A stretch of DNA of 64,000 nucleotides from the human T2T-CHM13v2.0 reference genome, Homo sapiens, in NCBI RefSeq assembly GCF_009914755.1, contig NC_060928.1; one strand, 5' to 3'. Shown piece after piece: positions 38,130 to 51,642 of this stretch. The position numbers and the translations under genes were made by a program. The first letter of the stretch is position 1; each line of letters opens with the position of its first letter. The notes below the pieces were generated by a model, which was given only the letters and a program-made list of their open reading frames with translations, was not told where the DNA came from and did not search any database.

Positions 38130-41100
38130 TGTTGGAGGAGCAGAGCAAGATGGCCAAATAAAAGCCTCCACTGATCACCACCCCTGCCCCCACCAAGAGC
38201 ACCAAATTTAACAACTATTTACGCAAAAGCACCTTCGTAAGAACCAAAAATCAGGAGAGCAATCACGGTACCAGGCTTTAGCTTCATACAGCTGAAAGAG
38301 GCACTGAAAAGGGTAGAAAAGATAGTCATGGGTCACTGATGCTACCCCTCCATCATACCCCGGTAGCAGCTTTGTGGTGCAGACAATCTGTGTGCTTGGG
38401 GGAGGGAGAGTGCAGTGATAGTGGGACTTTGAAGTGAACTCAGTGCTGCCCTGTCATAGCAGAAAGCAAAATTGGGCTGAACTCAGCTAATTCCCACCCA
38501 CTGAGGGAGCATTTAGACCAGCTCTAGCCAGAGAGGAACTGTCCATCCCAGTTGACTAAACTTAAGTTTCAGCAAGCCTTGATGTCACAGGCTGAAGTAT
38601 TCTTGCTGGCTTAGAGCTTTACGGCCTTGAATGAACATAGTTAGTAGCTAGGTAGTGGTTACAGTGGTTGTGGCCACAGGGATGCCTGTGTCACCCTATC
38701 CTCAGATTCAGATGACTCAGCACAAAGAAAAAAATTCCACTTGTTTGGAAGAAAATAAAGGAAGAGAACATAAGTCTCTGCCTGGTAATCCAGAGAATTA
38801 TTCTTGATTTTATCCAAGACCACCAAGGTGAGTCTGCAAGAACAAAAACCCCCTCTGTGAGTCTGCAAGAACCACAGCATAACTGAACTTGGAGATCCCT
38901 AAAGCAGATATGGCTTAGATCACAACACTCAAGTCCCTTTCATATCTGGAAAGCATTCTCAAGAAGGACAGTGCAAACAAGCTCAGACTCAAGACTACAA
39001 TAAATAGCTAACTCTTTAATGCACAGACACTTATGAACATTCACAAGCATGAAGGCCATCCGGGAAAACATGATGCCACCAAATGAACTACTTAAGACAC
39101 TAGAAACCAATCCTGGAGAAATAGAGTTATGTGATCTTTCAGGAAGAGAATTCAAAATAGCTGTTTTGAGGAAATTCAAAGAAATTCAAGGTAACACAGA
39201 GAAGGAATTCAGAATTTTAACGGATAAATTTAACAAAGAGATTGAAATAATTAGAATCAAGCAGAAATTCTCGATTTGAAAAATGTAATTGACATGCTGA
39301 AGAATGCATCTTAGTCTCTTAATAGCAGAATTGATCAAGCAGAAGAAAGAATTAGTGAGACTGAAGACAGACTATTTGAAAATACACAGAGAAGACAAAA
39401 AGAAAAAAGAAAAAAACTGAAAAAGCATGCTTGCAAGATCTAGAAAAAAGCCTCAGAGGGACAAACCTTAAGAGTTAGTGACCTAAAGAGGAGGCAGAGA
39501 AAGTGATAGGAGTAGAAAGTTTATTGAAAAGAATAATATAAGAGAACTTAAAGTTGGTCTTTTGAAAAGATAAACAAATTTGACAAATGTTTATCCAAGT
39601 CACTAAGAAAAAAAGAGGGAAGATCCAGATAAATAAAATCAGAAATGAAAAAGGAGACATTATAACTGACACTTCAGAAATTCAAAGGATCATTAGTGGC
39701 TACTATGAGTAGCTGTATGCCAAAAACTGGAAAATCTAGAAGAAATGAATAAATTCCTAGACACATACAACCTACCAAGATTGAACTATGAAAAAATATA
39801 AAACCTGAACAGACCAATAAGAAGTAATGAGATCAAAGCCATAATAAAAGATTTCCCAGCAAAGAAAAGCCCAGGATCTTATGGTTTCACTGGTGAATTC
39901 CATCAAACTTTTGAAGAACTAATACCCATCCTACTCAAACTGTTCTAAATATAGAGGAGGAATATTTCCAAACTCATTGTACAAGGCCAGTAATACTTTA
40001 TACCGAAAACAGGCAAAGACACATTGAAAAAAGAAAACTACAGGCCAATATCTCTGATGAATACGGATGCAAAAATTATCACCAAAATACTAGCAAACAG
40101 AATTCAGAAACACATTAACAAGGTCATTCATCATGATCAAGTGAGATTTGTCCCATAGCTTCAAGGATGGTTCAACATATGCAAATCAATCAATGTGATA
40201 CATCATATCAACAGAATGAAGGACAAAAATCATATGATCGTTTCCATGGAAGCTGAAAAAGCATTGATAAAATTCAATATTGCATCATGAGATGTTGAAA
40301 ATCCTGAAAAAACTGGGCATAGAAGGAATGTACCTCAACATAATAAAAGCTATATACGACAGACCCATAGCTAGTATCCTACTGAATGGAGAAAAGCTGA
40401 AAGCCTTTCCTCTAAGGTCAGGAACATGATAAAGCTGCCCATTTTTACCACCATTATTCAACATAGTACTGAAATCCTAGCTAGAGTAATCAGACAAAAG
40501 AAAGAAAGAAAGGGCATCAAATTGAAAGGAAGAATTCAAATTTATCCTTGTTTGCCCATAATATGATCTTATATTTGGAAAAGCCTAAAGGCTCCAACAA
40601 AGAAACTATTAGAACTGATAAACAAATTCAGTAAAGTTTCAGGATACAAAATAAACATACAAAATCAGTAGCATTTCTATACACCAACAGCAAACAATCT
40701 GAAACAGAAATCAAGAAAGTAATCTTATTTACAAAAGCAACAAATAAAATAAAATAAAATACCAAGGAATTAACCAAAGAAGTGAAAGATCTCTACAATG
40801 AAAAGTATAAAACACTGATGCAAGAAATTGAAGATGCTACAAAAAAATGAAAAGACATTTCATGTTCATGGATTGGAAGAATCAATATTGTTAAAATGTT
40901 CATACTACCCAAAGCAGTCTACAGATTCAGTGCAATCCCTATCAAAATACCAGACATTCTTCACAGAAATGGAAAAAACAATCCTGAAATTTATATTGAA
41001 CCACAGAAGCCCCAGAATAGCCAAAGCTATCCTAAGCTAAAGAAGTGAAGGAATCACATTACCTGACTTTAAATTATAGCACAGAGCTATAATAAGCAAA

Positions 41101-42950
41101 ACAGCATGGTACTGCCATAAAAACAAACAAAAAGACCAATGGAACAGCATAGAGAACTCAGAAACAAATTCATACATCTAGAGTGAACTAATTTTTGATG
41201 AAGCCACCAATATCATACATTGGGGAAAGGAGAGTTTCTTCAATAAATAGTTCTGGGAAAAATGGATATCCATATGCAAAAGAATAAAGCTTGACCCCTA
41301 TCTCTGACTATATACAAAAATAAAATCAAAATGTATTAAATACGTAAATCTAAGGCCTCAAATTATGGAATTACTAAATGAAAACTTTCAGGAAAGTCTC
41401 CAAGACATTGGAGTGGGCAAAGATTTCTTGAGTAATACCCCACAAGCACAGGCAACCAAAGCAAAAACAGACAAATGGGAACACAAAAGGTAAAAAGCTT
41501 CTGCACAGCAAAAGAAACAATCAACAAAATGAAGAGTCAATCCACAGAGTGAGAGAAAATATTTGCAATCTACCCATCTGACAAGAGATTAATAACCAGA
41601 ATAAATGAGGAGCTCAAACAATTCTATAGGAAAAAATTTAATAATCCAATTAAAACATGGGCAAAAGGTCTGAGTAGACATATCTCAAAAGAAGACATAC
41701 AGATGGCAATCAGCTATATGAAAAGGTGCTTAACATCATTCATCATAAGATAAATGCAAATCAAAACCTCAAGGAGATGCCCTCTCCAGTTAAAATGGCT
41801 TTATTCAAAGGCAGGAAATAACAAATTCTAGCAAGGATGTGAAGAAAAGGGAACCCTTGTAAACTGTTAGTGGGGATGTAAATTAGTACAACTCCTAAGC
41901 AGAACAGTTTGTCGGTTCCTAAACAAACTAAAAATAGAGTTGCCATATGATCCAGCAGTCTCACTGTTGTGTATACACCCAAAATAAAAGAAATCAGGAT
42001 ATCAAAGAGATATGTGCATTCCCATGTTTGTTGTGGTACTCTTCACAGTGGCCAAGATTTGGAAGCAACCCAAGTGTCCATCAACAAATGAATGGATAAA
42101 GAAAATGTGAGGCTGGGTGTGGTGGCTCATGCCTTTTATCTTAGCACTTTGGGAGGCAAAGGCAGGAGAACTGCTTGAGTCCAGGAGTTTGAGACCAGTG
42201 TGGGCAAGATGGCAAGGCCCCATCTCTACATTTTTGTTTTTGTTTTTGTTGTTTAATTACCCAGGCATGGTGGCTCACATCTCTAGACCCAGCTACTCAG
42301 GATGCTGAGGCAGTAGGATCCCTTGAGCCTGGGAGTTCAAGGTGGCAGTGAGCCATGATCACACCACTGTACTCCAGCCTGGGTGACAAAGCAAGACCCC
42401 ATCTTTTAAGAAAAAAAAAAGAAAAGAAAGAAACTGTGGTACATATACACAATGGGGTACTGTTCAGCCATAAAAAATGAGATCCTGTCATTTGCAACAA
42501 CACTGATGGAACTGGACATCATTATGTAAAGTGAAATAAGCCAGTCACCGAAAGACCCAAACTTCACATGTTTTCACTTATTTGTGGGAGCTAAAAATTA
42601 AAACAATTGAATTCATGGAGATAGAGTAGAAAGATGGCTACCAGATGCTGAGAAGGGTAATGGGCGGATCAGGGGAAGTGGGGATGGTAGGTACCAAAAT
42701 ATTGTTGGAATGAATAACAAATTGACAGCACAACAGGGTGACTATAGTCAATAATAATTTAATTGCTCATTTAAAAATAACTGAAAGGGTATAATTAGAT
42801 TATTCATAACATAAAGGATAAATGGTTGAGATGATGGATACTCCATTTATCCTGATGAGATTATTACACATTGCATGCCTATATCAAAAATTTTCACATA
42901 CCCCATAAATATATATACCTACTATATACCGCCAAAAAATAAAAATTAAA
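38130..42950 (+). mobile_element. L1MA (L1MA1-3-like) with both ends, internally deleted
   Basis: 5' end ggaggagcagagcaagatggcc, ORF1 N-part (ELCDLSGREFKIAVLRKF), ORF2 RT and C-terminal remnants, 3' UTR and A tail; 11-bp TSD aaaattgtact (38119-38129 / 42951-42961). Confidence 0.93.
42111..42430 (+). mobile_element. AluJ inside the L1MA 3' region
   Basis: tgcttgagtccaggagtttgagacc and gcagtgagccatgatcacacc J-type features; imperfect TSD aaagaaaatgtg/aaagaaactgtg. Confidence 0.88.
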
Positions 42951-44769
42951 AAAATTGTACTGGTCGGATAATGAGCTATATAGCCATTTACCAATGTTGG
43001 CTAATACACAGGAGATGGATGACTCCAGAGATGAAGAAAAGGGGCAGAAGATGAACATGGGGGATCACAAAGTGAAGGCCTTCTGTGTCTCAGAGTTGCC
43101 TAAACACCCTGCTTCCATATCAACCCTTCTATGAAAAGAACATGAGTCATTGGTGGGAATGGAGGACATGAATCGTTGGTGGGAGTGGTACTAATACCCA
43201 CTATGTTTCATGACATGTGGAGAAAGCCAGTGTATAGTGAAGTAAAAAGAAGCAAACTTACACAAAGAAGTAGATATAACAGTAAAGAGGAACCCTGTGC
43301 TGAAGCCAAGTTCTGTTCTGGCATTGCCGAGGCCTAAGTGCCTTCCTATGCTGTTCTTGGTTTGGTTGTTCACACTTCCTTGTATTCCATGACTTAACAC
43401 ATTCTCAATTTGTCATGGATGTCTGTTGTTACTGAATCCAGAGCATTCGATTCTTCCTTCTTTTTATAATAAATCCTCTTCATTTGGGAATTATCCTTCC
43501 CTTACTCCATGTTTTTCCAATGAACCTGCCACTGCAACAACCCAGCCATGGAGATAAGCACAAGACCCAACTCTGTTCAATCACAGCATCACATTGTTCC
43601 ATTCAAAGATATTGGCTCTGGGATGAACACATGGCCCCAGCCATGCTTGTTTGAGCTCTTCTTTGGGATTTTTAAGAAAAGATTCTAGGAGAGGGAAGTT
43701 TTCTTTCTTCTGGATCTGCTATACTGGGATGACCTGAGTCTTGAGCCATCTGTATTCTATTTGTCCACTGCACAAGGAAAGCAGATTGCAGTAGGAGGGG
43801 ATGGCAACCACACAGGGAGAGCTGCTCAACAAAGCTTGAGGGTGAATTTCTCTCATCTGCAATTGGGCAGACCTCACCATCTCCATAGTTTATCATGGAA
43901 ATGCTAGAAGATATTTACTATTATATTTTATACAGGCAAAAACTGAAGCTGAGTGATTTGAAGTAACTGTTCCAAAGGTTAAACAGTTAGTAGAATAACA
44001 GAAACTTAAACTCCTCATGACTTCTCTGCAGACTCTTAGGAAAAACATTGCTTGCCTCTAACCTTAAGGGTTCAGACAGTGTAAGAATCCACTGATGGAA
44101 CTGAGGACCTGATTATCCTTCCTGATTCACCTGCTTTGCACTATTACTCCAGCAAGGGGATGGGGCAGGGGATTTTACCCATTTTATAAATAGGAAATTG
44201 AGCATTGCCTATAAGGAAGAAGATGACTCTGACCTTTCCTCTTTCCTTCTTGGTACATCCAAACATGTCCATTGCCCTGCCCTACCCATCTACCCACTCC
44301 ATGTGCATGGAAGCATCAGAGTTTCTCATAATGGAAACTCTACTCTGAGCTGGTGAGACTTCAGGCAGAGACTATCCTCTGGGCCATCACCGATGAAAGG
44401 ATTTTAGGAGGATCAGGGAGGTGTTGAAAGCTCTTACTGGAAGGTGAAATGGGAATTGCATTGAGCTGCAGTGGCAGCCTTCAACTCTAGTTTTTCTAGG
44501 CCTTTGACAGGGAACCTCCAAGATCTCAAGTGAGGGGGCTCTGGGCACTAGGTTACCTCATGGGCCTGACAGCCAACAAAAGGGTGTTATATGGTCTCCT
44601 AGTATAAATTTCTGTGCTTCAGGTAATTCAGAACCCCCTCACTCCATGACTTTAGGGAGAAGAGGGTAATGGGGGTAATAGGAGATGCCCTGAAACACCT
44701 AAAAGCTTTTTCCTCTCAGCATGTATTCTCTAGGACTTGTAGTCTAAGATGTGAGATGGGACTAGGAAT

Positions 44770-45333
44770 ACTACCTCAGTCCATTTGGGCTGCTGTAACA
44801 AAATACCATAGACTGGGTGGCTTACAAATCACAGGAATTTATTTCTCACAGCCCTGGAGGCTGGGAAGTCCAAGATCAAGGTGCTGGCAGTTTGGGTGTC
44901 TAGTGAGGACCCTCTTCCTGGTTTGAAGGCAGGTACCTTCCTACTCACTGCAGCCTTGACTTCTTGGGCTCATGTGATCCTCCCACTTCAGCCTCCTGAG
45001 TAGCTAGGATTACAGGCACACACCACTATGTTGGGCTAATTTTAAAATTATTTGTAGAGACAGGGTCTCACTATGTTGCCCAGGCTGGTCTTGAACTCCT
45101 GGGCTCAAGCGATCCTAGCTTTCAGCCTGTGAAAGTGCTGGGATTACAGGCATGAGCCTTCATACCTGGCCTCTGGCCTCTTTTATAAGAGCACTAACCC
45201 CATTCATAAGGCCTTTTCCCCCATGACCTAATTACCTTCCAAAGGCTCTGCCTCCAAATACTATCAAGGGGATTGGGGGTTTTAGAATTTTAACATATGA
45301 GTGCTGGGGTTACATAAACTTTCAGACCGTAGC
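44770..45333 (-). mobile_element. MLT1A/MST-type MaLR LTR split by a partial AluJ (about 44942-45171, minus)
   Basis: gggctgctgtaacaaaataccatagactgggtggctta...ttcagaccgtagca; the Alu lacks its A tail. Confidence 0.8.
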
Positions 45334-46420
45334 AAACACCTCACAGGTAGAACTAGCATAAGGACTCTGGGATGTTTATTCATCCAAAAGGGTTTCTTTA
45401 GGGCCTGAGTACTCCACGGGCTACACCCAACATATAACTAAACAAGACAGTCATGTGACATTTAGAACTTGATCCACCATTCCACCTGTGCAGCATCTGA
45501 AAATCTGGTGAGTGGAGGTTTAAGGAAATAAGTTGGAGCAGCCCATGTATTGCAGCAGTTCCCAAGCACTGAAAGTAGTAAGACTCTTACTTTAGTTCAC
45601 TGGAGACTGAGGGCATCAGATTCTCCCACCTTCGGCATTAGCTCCCAAGGCTGTTCTCACTTCCGTTCATGGGATGCAGAAAATACTGACCCCAGCAGGA
45701 GGCAGTCTCCTTCTATGTCTCCAATGCTACAGAGAAGCACCAAAATCATAAGGATCCAAATGCTGAAAGGCTAATAGAAAGAATCCTTCAACCTGATGGA
45801 GAGTTGCGGGCATATCTCCTTTATGTCCCTATTTTTTCAGAAGAGCATTGCATGCCCTGCTCCCAACCTCCCCAACCCCATTTCTCCTGCCTTAGCCAAA
45901 CCCATGTCTGAGCTAGGAGAAGAAGGTGAGCTCTTTTGACTATATATAAAGCCATAATAATAATATTAAAAAGTTCACTTTGGATTTCTATCACCATTCC
46001 TTTTCACCATGTGGTAAGCAGCTAAAGCCCAAAAGGACCTGGGGCACTCATAACCACATGCTTCACATGCATCACTCTTCTGCTGGAACCAAGGCAAAGG
46101 AGCTCCACTGGCACCCCAAAACCTCAGTTGAGACCACTTCTTAAACACTCCTTTCACTACCCCTGTGCTTTAACATGACTTATTTTCTATAAAGTTGTAA
46201 GAAAGTGGTAAGATTTTCTTAATCAACTACCCCTGTTGGGGGGGCCCAGCCCATAAGGAAGCCCCTTCTTTTAAAAGATCTGTTACTGTAGGCTTTGATC
46301 ATCACTTTGGGAATACTTGTGAAAACTGTTAGAAGTTTGTCCTGGTGATTTTTACCATATTTCTGAATTCTGATTCTGAAAGCTGAGCTAATCATACACG
46401 GGATTAACGGTGCTTTAAAA

Positions 46421-46490
46421 GTTAATGGTTAATGATTAAAACACTTATGTTCTTGACTCTCCCTAAACTGAATTGTGGATGCAAAGTTCA
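46421..46490. promoter_or_regulatory. HNF1 site(s) plus HNF4/DR1-like site, candidate liver enhancer core
   Basis: GGTTAATGATTAAA at 46427-46440 (consensus GGTTAATNATTAAC), overlapping GTTAATGGTTAAT at 46421-46433, and GGATGCAAAGTTCA ending 46490, in non-repeat DNA. Confidence 0.65.
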
Positions 46491-48508
46491 AGAGAGAGAA
46501 ACCAGTCAATACTGGAGCTGAAACAGACTGAAAACAAAATATGTTACCTAATGCTGAGCCTGTAACAGCAATGCAACTCTGAAACTAGATATGGCCTCAT
46601 AGCTTCCTGGAATCTGAAAATAGTTACCTCAAAACTCATACTCAAAATAATGCCATAAAAAATACACAAAGTTCCAACTTTGTTTCTCAAAGAGCAAGAT
46701 TTTTCATTCTCATTTTTAGGGAAAGAAACCATGTGTTAAATGAGAAAACAGAATCCAGCTACTCAACAAAGAGTGGGTGTGATCAGAAGGTGTGGTGCCG
46801 AATATCCTGCTTCAAGTCCCCAGCGTGTTTCATAAATTAGTAGCTTACCTTGGCAGAGAAAACAGATTCATTTTTCCCAGTAATTTGCCTTTTCGAGATG
46901 GAAATCTCCTTTTGAGCAGCACATTTTTCTATAGCCCTGAAAAGACCAATTTATATTTAAATGCATAATACACTCAGAATTTAAAAGGGGAAGGTAGTCA
47001 TCACAAAAGTCAACTGCAAATTTCACATTGGCTTTAATTTCCCTATAGAACACCAGTTTATCAAATCTGAAGACTTACTTCATCAGTTCTTGATCTTAGA
47101 GGGTCTTTCAGCTTTGAGGAGTATCAGGGGCAAAGTGCTAATTTAGACAATAAACAAGCGCATTGTCTTTCTCTTGCTAAGACTGCAAAGGGTAACAGTA
47201 TGTCAAATTGCTTTTCTTCTGACTGGGCTGAAAAACTCAGTCTGGTATCCCTAGTTATTTTTTACTTAACAGAAGCTCGGCATTAATGTGTGGCTTGGTT
47301 AATAGCAATGAGAAAAATAGTTACTACTTTAAAATGTTGTCTAGTAGAAGAGTTACCTCAAAACCTGAATCCTAAGAGGGGGCTATCAAAATGAAAGAGA
47401 AATTGATGATGACTCATTAATGAAACATAAGTCATTGAAATGTGGTCTATGATGGTCAGCCTCTTCCTGTGGTTGGTGAATCATTTCACCAGCAATTCTC
47501 AATCACATTTGGCCACTGCTCCTCTCAGGCAGCCCCTTGGCTATAGCTCCACTCCATCACTTGCCAGATTCTAGTAACTTCCTTGTCATCGACCTTCAGG
47601 CCTAGGGGCAATAATAGCTTCCCACTGTAGCGAAACCCTGGATACTTCAACATCCCTTATTGGAGTGATTAACCCTGCCTGTACCTCTGGAAAGAAAATT
47701 ATCTCCCATTAAGCCCTAACTTGATTAAACAGGGGTTCCCTGCTAAGACCCTGACTGATACAGGTCCTACCTTCAGGTTTTCCACCAGACAAATCAATAA
47801 GCAGTGACTACTCAGCATGAGTACTACTGTGATGGAAATTCTAGTTCTCAGCCTAATCAGTAAGACGTTAACCAACATAAGGAACTGAGAAAATGTAACA
47901 TGAAGAATGTAGCAACCACTGAATGCTTAGGGTTGAATGAACAAAACCATTCTTTCAACCTACAATTATAAATTTAGAACCTATAGGTAGAGGAATTGTG
48001 TGCGGGAATTAGAACACTTAAAATAGGAGAATGGGATCATTCTGTGGGATTAAACACTAATAAATGCAAATAAAGTATAAAAAGACTTGAAGTCACATTG
48101 AAGATATAAGCAATCTCCCCCAATAATTCCCTTAGTATATGAAACTGTAAGCAAGATAATAATTTACATACTGATCAGATCATTTTATGTCCATTTTTCT
48201 CATTCCTAAAGCAGTTCCCAGGGCCTGCATGACAAAAGTGGGAGGATGAGCTTTACTCAAGTTGCTCAGCCAGTCCAGCATTTCTGGGTTTGATGTCTCC
48301 ATCAAGCACAAAATTCTCAACTGTGGCCTTATTTTCTCAGTTCTGCTGGAAAAGAGAAGCAATCAAGGCAGTTGGAAAAATGTCCCAAGATAGGAGTGGT
48401 TATTTCTGTTTCTCTTCCTAGCGTCAGCATGAACTCACTGATAGCTAAATGCTGCCACCTTCCTGCCCTCATAAGTACTGCAGAGGAAACCAATCCTGAA
48501 AGGCCCAA

Positions 48509-48815
48509 ACTGGATGGAATTAGAGACCATTATTCTAAGTGAAGTAACTCAGGAATGGAAAACCAAACACTGTATGTTCTCACTCATAAGTGGGAACGCA
48601 AATGAGGACGCAAAAGCATAACAATGGTACAGTGAACTTTGGGGACTCAGGGGAAAGGGTGGGAGAAGGGTGGTACAGTGTACACCGCTCAAGTGATGGG
48701 TGCTCCAAGATCTCAGAACTCACCACTAAAGAACTTATTCGTGTAACCAAACACCACCTGTTTCCCACAAATCTATTGAAATTAAAAAAAGGAAAAAGAA
48801 AAAGAAAGAGAAAAA
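48509..48815 (+). mobile_element. L1PB 3'-end fragment
   Basis: tggatggaattagagaccattattctaagtgaagtaactcaggaatggaaaacc...caccactaaagaacttatt, A-rich tail. Confidence 0.85.
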
Positions 48816-50015
48816 TTATTTTTTAAAAATCGAGTATGGAGAACCTCAAAAAAAAAAAAAAAAAAAAAAGGAAAGAAAAGAAAAGAAACACTGGTGGATC
48901 TCTATTCTTGTTAGCTTCTCTGCCAGCGGCTGGAGTTAGATGAATAGACCTGTGAAAGAACAAACACATAAACAGAAAATTAAATGATAACATGATACAC
49001 GAAAAGAGACTTATACCAGGTTACAAAGAGACAGCAGACACATTGAGATCAGAGGAGATATTCTGGAGGAGTGAAGATAAAACTAAACCCTAAAAAATGA
49101 GCAGGAATTTGCCAAGACAAAGGGGAAGGATGAGAGAATATTCAAGGAGGAGGAGTAGCAAGACAGAAAGCAAGAAAGAAAATAAAACCCTGCATGGTGT
49201 GCGCAGCATTTTAATGTTGTCTGAGAATGTTGGGTAGTGCAGGGAGCAATGGGAACCCATCTCGAGGGGCCCTTGATGCCTATTAATAATCTTGGAGGCA
49301 AAGTAAAGCCCCTGAATATTTATTAAGCAGAAGTGGCATGGTCAGATTTGCCTTTTGGATATTACAGTCTGGGGACAGTGGGAAAGCTATATCTGAAGGG
49401 AGTAAGACAAGAGGCAAGGTATGTGAAATTTCTTGAAGTTCTCTTTGTAATTATCCTGAAGAAAGACAAGAAGATAGCAAAATTTCTCTTTAAGTATTGG
49501 TGATTTTCTAAAGAAAAATGAAAAATTAAGTCACAAAGACCATGTTTTTGGTGAGTACTGAGTAAACATTTTGAAACTCAGTAAATCTCACCAGAAGAAT
49601 ATCGTAATTCCCAAAGTAGAACTAAGCTTAGAACCGAGCTTGTCTCCAATGAATGATAATGGAGGTAAATCCATGGTAATTAGACCCTGAATCCTCTGCC
49701 TTGATTTTAAGAGAGAAACAAGCCAATGAAAGATAAGTATCCTTCTTCTTAAAGAAAACGGAGGAATAAGAAAGAGTTCCTGCTCTGATGGAAAGAAGGA
49801 GGGCAGAGATAAAACCTACGCCTAGGTGTTTGGCATTACCTCCATCCTTTTCAGGTGGTGGTCTATTCCCCTCTCTCCTACATGAACAAGAATCTGCTGG
49901 GGCTCAAGCAGAGCTGGTCACAATGAACAGAGCATCTCCTCTACATTCTACACATCCTGTCCATGCTGGGACCGTGAGGTATCCTGCTCTAAGGCTTGAA
50001 GTGAGAGAATGTGGA

Positions 50016-50387
50016 TGTATTAGTTCATTCTCACACTGCTATAAAGAACTGCCCAAGGATGGGTAATTTATAAAGGAAAGAGATTCAACTGACTCACAGT
50101 TCAGCACGGCTTTGGAAACTTACAATCATGGCAGAAGGCAAAGTGGAAACAAGGCACCTTCTTCACAAGGCAGCAGGAAGGAGAAGAGCAAAGAAGGAAG
50201 AGCCCTTTATGAAACCATCAGATCTCATGAGAACTCACTCACTATCACGAGAACAGCATGGGGAAACTGTCCCCATGATTCAGTTACCTCCACCTGGTCT
50301 GTCCCTTGACATATAGGGATTATGGGGATTATGGGAATTATAATTCAAGATGAGATTTGGGTGGGGACACAAAGCCTAACCATATCA
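50016..50387 (-). mobile_element. THE1D-like solo LTR
   Basis: tgtattagt...cctaaccatatca with perfect 5-bp TSD gtgga. Confidence 0.92.
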
Positions 50388-51489
50388 GTGGAGAATGAGT
50401 GTGATGCTGCTTTCTCCTTTGCTCTCAAAAATCCTTTATGTATTTAAAGCACAGAGGAAGAGAGTGCTGAATTTAGCATTCCCATGGGTGGGATTGGGGG
50501 ATTTGAATAAGCCATTCAAATTAATTCCAAGGCCATTCTACAGTAGGCAGGGACATGCATTCGGTGGTTATTGCAGGAATATGGGCAAGAGATAAAGGAA
50601 TGAACTAGGGCAACAAGCTAGCAGGGAAGAGGAAGAGAGAATTGATTGTTTCAATACTTTTAAGTTTCAAAGGGACAACACCCCAAAGTAGGATTAGAAT
50701 TCTGCCATACCAAGCATCCTCTAAGCAGATAGGGATAAAATAAGGTTTCCTGATGGTGCTGGGACTGAGGTCCTAGAACCGAGTCCTCTCTTGTTTCTTC
50801 CGAGGGATTTCATCTTCGATTAAGCTATCTCTTTTGAGTGTTTCTTTCAAATGTAGCCAAGTGCTTCCTAGAACTTTCAGTGTCTTCCAGGAGAGACTAT
50901 GTCTATGATTCTAATTTTCTAGAACAAATGCACTAGATAAGTCTCCTAGTTTGAAGCAGCAAATTGCAAGTGCTTTAGCACCTTTTCTTCCTTAGGGAGA
51001 CACCCCTCAGTCTTCTTTTGGAAGGTAAAGGAAAACCAATAACCAATTTTATGACAATTTCAGAAACCCTCTCAAAACCATAGTAGGTACAGAAAAGTTA
51101 TTAATAATAAAAAAGAAACCTCATTCTAGTTAGAACCTTTGAGAATGCTATATCAGACTTCAGAAAATAGCTACTGTGAGTTTTCATTGGAGGTAGAGTT
51201 GTAATCAAACCCAGGCCTCCTGAATTAGGTCACCACATCACACTTTTGACAAGTTGTAATACACAATCAGAGTACAATATTTGTACTTCCTATTTTTTGG
51301 CAGGAAAGTTTGTTTTATAAAAGGCCTTTCTGAATAAATAGTACTAAAATGATGCATGCCAGGTAGTTATGTAACTATGTGGTTCTTTGCCAAAACTTGC
51401 ATTGAAATTTGTAAAATGCTAGTGAAATTAAAACAACATATCCATTTTTTTTTTCAAATATACCATTGCAAATTCAAGTAAGCCTTATT

Positions 51490-51642
51490 ATTTTTTTAAA
51501 TTTTACTTTAAGTTCTGGGATACATGTGCAGTACGTACAGGTTTGTTACATAGGTATACATGTGCCATGGTGGTTTGCTCCACCTATCAACCCGTCATCT
51601 AGGTTTTAAGCCCCAGATGCATTAGGTATTTGTCCTAATGCT
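51490..51642 (-). mobile_element. Very short 5'-truncated L1PA
   Basis: ttttactttaagttctgggatacatgtgcag...gtcctaatgct; imperfect TSD agtaagccttatta/agtaaacattaatta. Confidence 0.85.
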
